From positions 32,001 to 96,000 of the forward strand of contig CBDBKE010000001.1 of NCBI GenBank assembly GCA_965206645.1: a stretch of DNA of 64,000 nt, read 5' to 3'. Shown here in pieces: positions 58,650 through 64,000 of this stretch (its first letter is position 1; each line of letters begins with the position of its first letter). The notes under the pieces were generated by a model. That model ran no database searches. It was not told the DNA's origin and saw only the letters and a list, made by a program, of their open reading frames with translations. The position numbers and the translations under genes were made by a program. This stretch comes from Terriglobia bacterium (GTDB taxonomy: Bacteria; Acidobacteriota; Terriglobia; JAJPHL01; JAPKYU01).

Positions 58650-59052
58650 CTACAATCTCCTTCTTTAGTTCAGTGGCAGGTTTCCTTCAATGCTCAATCA
58701 TCCCCCCTGACGGCGGGGGCCTTCCTGCCTAATTTTCGCCCGGTTAATATACCACGGTGTCGGCTGGAGCGTAGATCGCAGGTCGAATAAATTTGTGGTC
58801 ACCGGCAGAGGCGTGCCCTCCCGGACGGTCCGCGGTGGCTGCCTGGTGGATTGGAATTGCCTTTGCTTAGAGAAAGCTAGCCGTTGGTCAAGGTACTGTG
58901 GGCTCGTGGACGCAGCGCCAGCTTCGCCCCACCGCTCGCTGTTGATTGAAATAGACACTGCGCGGCTGGACTGCTATCTTGCACGCTGTCGTTGCATTCT
59001 GCTGTCGTTGCATTCTAAGGATCGAGCCAATCCGGGGAGCGGAGGAGGAGTC

Positions 59053-59799
59053 ATGAAGATCGCGCAGGCAACATCGGCAGTCCTTGCAGAACTCTGGGGT
59101 CAGGTTGAGGCAAAGGTGCGGCAGGCGACATCGCTGGAGGAAGCTGCCCAGGAGTTGGCCTGCGGGTTGCACGCGAAGTTCAGTGAATCGTCTGCGCTGG
59201 CCCGGGTGTTTCTCACTGTTCCATTCGACTCCCTGCCGAAGAGGAATCAAGAGTTTGTGCGGAAGCTGGCCGAGTCGGCCGGGGCGGGAGGTCAGTTAAA
59301 AGGCGATACCCTGGTTCTGTCGCTGCTGGGGACTCACGGCCAGGAGGCGGACTGGAAGGATCGTCGCAATTCCAAAGGCCATATGGGGATCCCGTTGATT
59401 TCCTCAGCCTTCGTGGACGCCATTCCGATGATCTCCCGCCTGCTGAAGGAACTCGGCGTCCCCCTGGAGTGGGTCGACACCCGCGACTCGGAAATCCTTC
59501 AGAAAACCGTGGGCCGTTCGGCGGGCTTGTTTTTCGTGGACAACGCCGCCCAGGCGAAAGATCATCAGGGCAGAAACATCATCGCTTCACAAGAGTTTGT
59601 TTCCGCCTATCAGGTGAAAAGCGTGTTCGGGACCGGGGGCGTGTATTCCGGTAACCAGGTCCTGGTCATCGTCTTGTTCTGTCGTGACCAGTTCGCGCGG
59701 GCCGTGGGAGAGCTTTTCCTGCCCCTGATCGATTCGTTCAAAGGCAGGACCGCCTCACTCGCGGGAGCCGGAAAAATATTCTCAGACGGGAAGGGATAA
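59053..59799 (+). CDS. Hypothetical protein, possibly a GAF-like sensor fold
   Basis: Strong SD GGAGGAG; LLGTHG...WKDRRNSKGH.GIPL. Confidence 0.7.
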   Translation: MKIAQATSAVLAELWGQVEAKVRQATSLEEAAQELACGLHAKFSESSALARVFLTVPFDSLPKRNQEFVRKLAESAGAGGQLKGDTLVLSLLGTHGQEADWKDRRNSKGHMGIPLISSAFVDAIPMISRLLKELGVPLEWVDTRDSEILQKTVGRSAGLFFVDNAAQAKDHQGRNIIASQEFVSAYQVKSVFGTGGVYSGNQVLVIVLFCRDQFARAVGELFLPLIDSFKGRTASLAGAGKIFSDGKG

Positions 59800-59855
59800 C
59801 CCCTGCGGGTTCGCGCTTCAGACACAACGACTGGAACCGAAAGTTTCTGCCCCGG

Positions 59856-60968
59856 CTATTTGCCGTCGATCCAGCCGCCGCCCAGCAGCAGGTCGTCGTG
59901 GTAGAAAACCGCTGCTTGGCCGGGGGTGACTGCGCGCTGGGGTACGTCGAAGTCCACCCGCGCGTGGTCGTCATCCAGCGGCGTGACGGTCGCAGGCGCG
60001 GGCTGATGTCGGTAGCGAATCTTTACCTCAGCCCGGACGGGCCCGTCGGGCGAAGCCAGCGAAACCCAGTTGAGGCGGGAGACCAGTGCCGTGGTGCCAA
60101 ACAACTCAGCGTCCTCGCCCACAGTGACCTCGGCAGTGGCCGGCTCAATGTGTAGAACGTAGAGCGGGCGTCCTGCGGCCACTCCTAATCCCTTGCGCTG
60201 CCCTACGGTGAATCGCTGGATGCCGTTGTGCTGGCCCAGCCGGCGTCCCTGGCTGTCCACCACCGGGCCCGGCGCGGCGGGCACGGGCTGCCCGCGCTCG
60301 GCGAAGTAGGCCTCGATAAAGCGTGTGTAGTCGTTGCCGGGCACGAAGCACAGCTCGTGCGAATCGGGCTTGTCGGCCACGGGCAGGCCCGCGCCACGGG
60401 CGCGCTCGCGCACTTGGTGCTTGGTCAGCTCTCCCAGCGGAAATAGCGTCCGGCTCAACTGCTCCTGCGTCAGGCCGAAAAGGAAATAGGATTGGTCCTT
60501 GGAGGGGTCCACCGCGCGGCGCAGCCGGTAGCGGTCTGAAGCCGGGTCGCGCTCCAGCCGCGCGTAGTGCCCGGTAGCCACCATCTCGGCGCCGATCTGT
60601 CGCGCCGTCCGCAGCAACTCGTCGAACTTCAGCGAATTGTTACACAACGTGCAGGGAATGGGCGTGCGCCCCGCCAGGTAGTCCTCGATGAAGGGCCGCA
60701 CCACGTCCTGCTCGAAGCGGGCCTCGTGGTTCACGACGTAGTAGGGCAACCCCAGGTGCTGAGCGACACGGCGGGCGTCGTAGACGTCCTCCAGCGAACA
60801 GCAGCGCCCGTGGCTGCTCTCCGGCATCCCGGGAAAGCCGGCCAGGCGCCGCTGGTTCCAGAGCTGCATCGTCAGCCCGATCACGTTGTACTGCTGGCCA
60901 CTAAGCAGCGCGGCGACGGTGGAGCTGTCTACGCCGCCGCTCATAGCCACGGCTACGGTTGGCTTCAT
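59856..60968 (-). CDS. mnmA: tRNA 2-thiouridine(34) synthase
   Basis: AMSGGVDS, TPIPC, ATGHYA, KDQSYFL, LCF, TPGQ. Confidence 0.96.
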   Translation of the reverse strand: MKPTVAVAMSGGVDSSTVAALLSGQQYNVIGLTMQLWNQRRLAGFPGMPESSHGRCCSLEDVYDARRVAQHLGLPYYVVNHEARFEQDVVRPFIEDYLAGRTPIPCTLCNNSLKFDELLRTARQIGAEMVATGHYARLERDPASDRYRLRRAVDPSKDQSYFLFGLTQEQLSRTLFPLGELTKHQVRERARGAGLPVADKPDSHELCFVPGNDYTRFIEAYFAERGQPVPAAPGPVVDSQGRRLGQHNGIQRFTVGQRKGLGVAAGRPLYVLHIEPATAEVTVGEDAELFGTTALVSRLNWVSLASPDGPVRAEVKIRYRHQPAPATVTPLDDDHARVDFDVPQRAVTPGQAAVFYHDDLLLGGGWIDGK

Positions 60969-61035
60969 AAAAGCACCGAACAGTTATGAGTGAAGAATTT
61001 CTCCCCTCTACTTTTCATTTCTTCACTCTTAATTC

Positions 61036-62226
<1,191 letters not shown>

Positions 62227-62442
62227 TCACTCCGGCACCCGCTCCGTCACATACTCCAGCAACGCTGCATCAAATTCCTATTCTAGCATTACCCGGTATC
62301 TCGCTAGTACCCAAGGCGCAAACAGCTCGGCCGGGTGCTGTGGCCTTGACTCGCAGGTTGAGAGGGAAAGACACCGGCACCTCCCGCACTGGAGAGCTGG
62401 ATTGACTCACCTATAACAGTGAGAGAATATATGGGGTGAATT

Positions 62443-64000
62443 ATGGAAGGGGTGAATCCTGTGCACAGTAGCCAGCCTTTGCGTCTTGCCTCGGGGCTCA
62501 TTGCCGCGTTGCTGGTCGCTAGCTCGCTGCACTCCCAGCAGCCAACGCCTGCTTCGGTCACCTTACCCGCAAGCATTAAGGCCGTCGAAGTTACAGAACC
62601 GGGCGGACAGATCCTCAGCTTCCGCCATCTCACGGGATCTACCGTGGTCGAGATGAAGGGTACGAAGCTCGAACCTTCTGCTTCGACGCGCATGAAAATC
62701 GGAAGTCGCCCGGGTTTCATCGAGATCGATATTAACCGTGGTGACATCAAGAAACTTCGACCCGCGCGATACTTTGGCAAAGACTTCCTTACCTATGTCC
62801 TTTGGGCTGTCTCGGTGGATGGCGAAGCAATGAATCTGGGTGAGATCACGTTTGAGAGCGGCAGGCCCGTGAGCATCAACGTCACCACTCCCTACCAAAC
62901 CTTCTGGCTGATGCTCACCGCCGAGCCCGACTTTGCGGTCAACGACCCCAGCCCTGTCGTCGTCCTCTACAGCGTCAACCAGGATGACAGCCAAACAGGC
63001 AACAAGGCCCTGCCTGTTCCCGGCAAGCTCCTCTACTACACCTACTACAGCCGCTACGATACCTCGCCAGCTTCCCCTAAAGCTTCCGTCCCCAACGAGC
63101 TCCTGCAGGCACGCAAAGCCGTTGAACTGGCTTCCAAAGCGGGAATCCTGGCAACCCCGACCCCGAAGGGGGAGGAGCCGCTCCCCGACGAAGCCCGCAC
63201 ACGCGAGACCTTCGAGCGGGCGCGCGCGTATTTGGACCAGGCCGAAGAGGCATTCCGTGCCGGGGGGAGCAGCCGTGAGGCGGTTCAATTTGCCCGCACT
63301 GCAGCCCAAATTGCAGAAAACGCGCGTGCCCTTGCCCTAGGCGCTGTCGGCGGCATCTACGTCCGGAAACTTGCCCGCGAACTGGACAAGCTCCGCGCCG
63401 AGGCCGAAGAATGCCGGAAGGAGCTGGCTAGTCTCCGCGCCGAGGCCGAAGAATGCCGGAAGGAACTGGCTGCCCTCCGTGACGAGGTGAAGAAACTGGA
63501 AGCTGCGCTCGCCGCTGAGCGGCAACTTCGCGCCGAGGCCGAAGACAAACTCCGTGCCCTGCAGGAGTCACTCGATGAGGCCCGCGCCCAGAATGCGCGC
63601 CTCCGTGAGGACCGGGAGGCGATCTGTGCCGAACTCCGTCGTCAGCTTGCCTCCCTCGGCCAGTTGACCGAACAGGGCGGTAGCATGGTGCTCACACTGG
63701 CTTCCGACATTCTTTTCGACTTCGGCAGTTATAAACTGCGTCCTACCGCGCGGGAGAATCTCTCCAAGCTGACCGTGCTGCGCATGCTGCTCTTCCCCAA
63801 TGCTGAAGTCCGCTACGAAGGCCACACGGACCGCGTTGGGAAGGACGACTATAACCAGTGGCTCTCCGAGCAGCGCGCCCTCGCCGTCCAGCACTATTTC
63901 CTCGAAGAGGAGCTCAGCAACGAAACTGAAGACTTCGCCCGCGAGAACCTCGAGCAGCGCCTTGCGACGGTGAAAAAACTTTCCGGGATGAGCTACGCGT
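62443..64000 (+). CDS. OmpA-family protein (N-terminal domain, coiled coil, OmpA C-terminal domain), runs off the right edge; not in ORF track
   Basis: Manual translation: TYVLWAVS.DG.A.NLGEI; ILFDFGSYKL...EGHTDRVG.DDYNQWLSEQRA. Confidence 0.85.
   Translation, partial: MEGVNPVHSSQPLRLASGLIAALLVASSLHSQQPTPASVTLPASIKAVEVTEPGGQILSFRHLTGSTVVEMKGTKLEPSASTRMKIGSRPGFIEIDINRGDIKKLRPARYFGKDFLTYVLWAVSVDGEAMNLGEITFESGRPVSINVTTPYQTFWLMLTAEPDFAVNDPSPVVVLYSVNQDDSQTGNKALPVPGKLLYYTYYSRYDTSPASPKASVPNELLQARKAVELASKAGILATPTPKGEEPLPDEARTRETFERARAYLDQAEEAFRAGGSSREAVQFARTAAQIAENARALALGAVGGIYVRKLARELDKLRAEAEECRKELASLRAEAEECRKELAALRDEVKKLEAALAAERQLRAEAEDKLRALQESLDEARAQNARLREDREAICAELRRQLASLGQLTEQGGSMVLTLASDILFDFGSYKLRPTARENLSKLTVLRMLLFPNAEVRYEGHTDRVGKDDYNQWLSEQRALAVQHYFLEEELSNETEDFARENLEQRLATVKKLSGMSYA
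63391..63474 (+). repeat. 42-bp in-frame tandem duplication (LRAEAEECRKELA[S/A]) in the coiled coil
   Basis: ctccgcgccgaggccgaagaatgccggaagga[g/a]ctggct occurs twice. Confidence 0.85.

Overview
A GC-rich bacterial chromosomal segment; gene types suggest Acidobacteriota (inference). The left third (about 4.9-25 kb) is accessory and decaying: an IS3-family element that truncates a MBL-PilZ gene, exopolysaccharide pseudogenes, a Phd/RelE toxin-antitoxin pair, and two transposase-less cassettes bounded by related inverted repeats and near-identical 8-bp target duplications. The most notable locus is a four-gene operon (22509-25025) lying between two copies of the queE 5' end. It encodes a leaderless Cys-rich secreted leader ORF, an outer-membrane barrel, a signal-peptide HMA protein and a TlpA lipoprotein. 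The HMA protein's GMTCxxC motif is encoded as GMT-TGA-NF-TGA, a probable double-selenocysteine UxxU motif followed by two tandem hairpins; the ORF track misses it. The right two thirds are mostly housekeeping: queE/queC, frdABCD with an inserted M28 peptidase, ArsR followed by a hidden 16-aa 7-Cys peptide and a MOSC protein, a ccm cluster with CxxxY-type CcmE, sialidase, hemH, an ABC exporter, S41 protease, rpmE, folA/thyA, an ArsM-like methyltransferase, PhoD, a radical SAM protein, mnmA, a cysteine desulfurase and a partial OmpA-family gene. All calls come from manual reading of motifs; no database searches were run.
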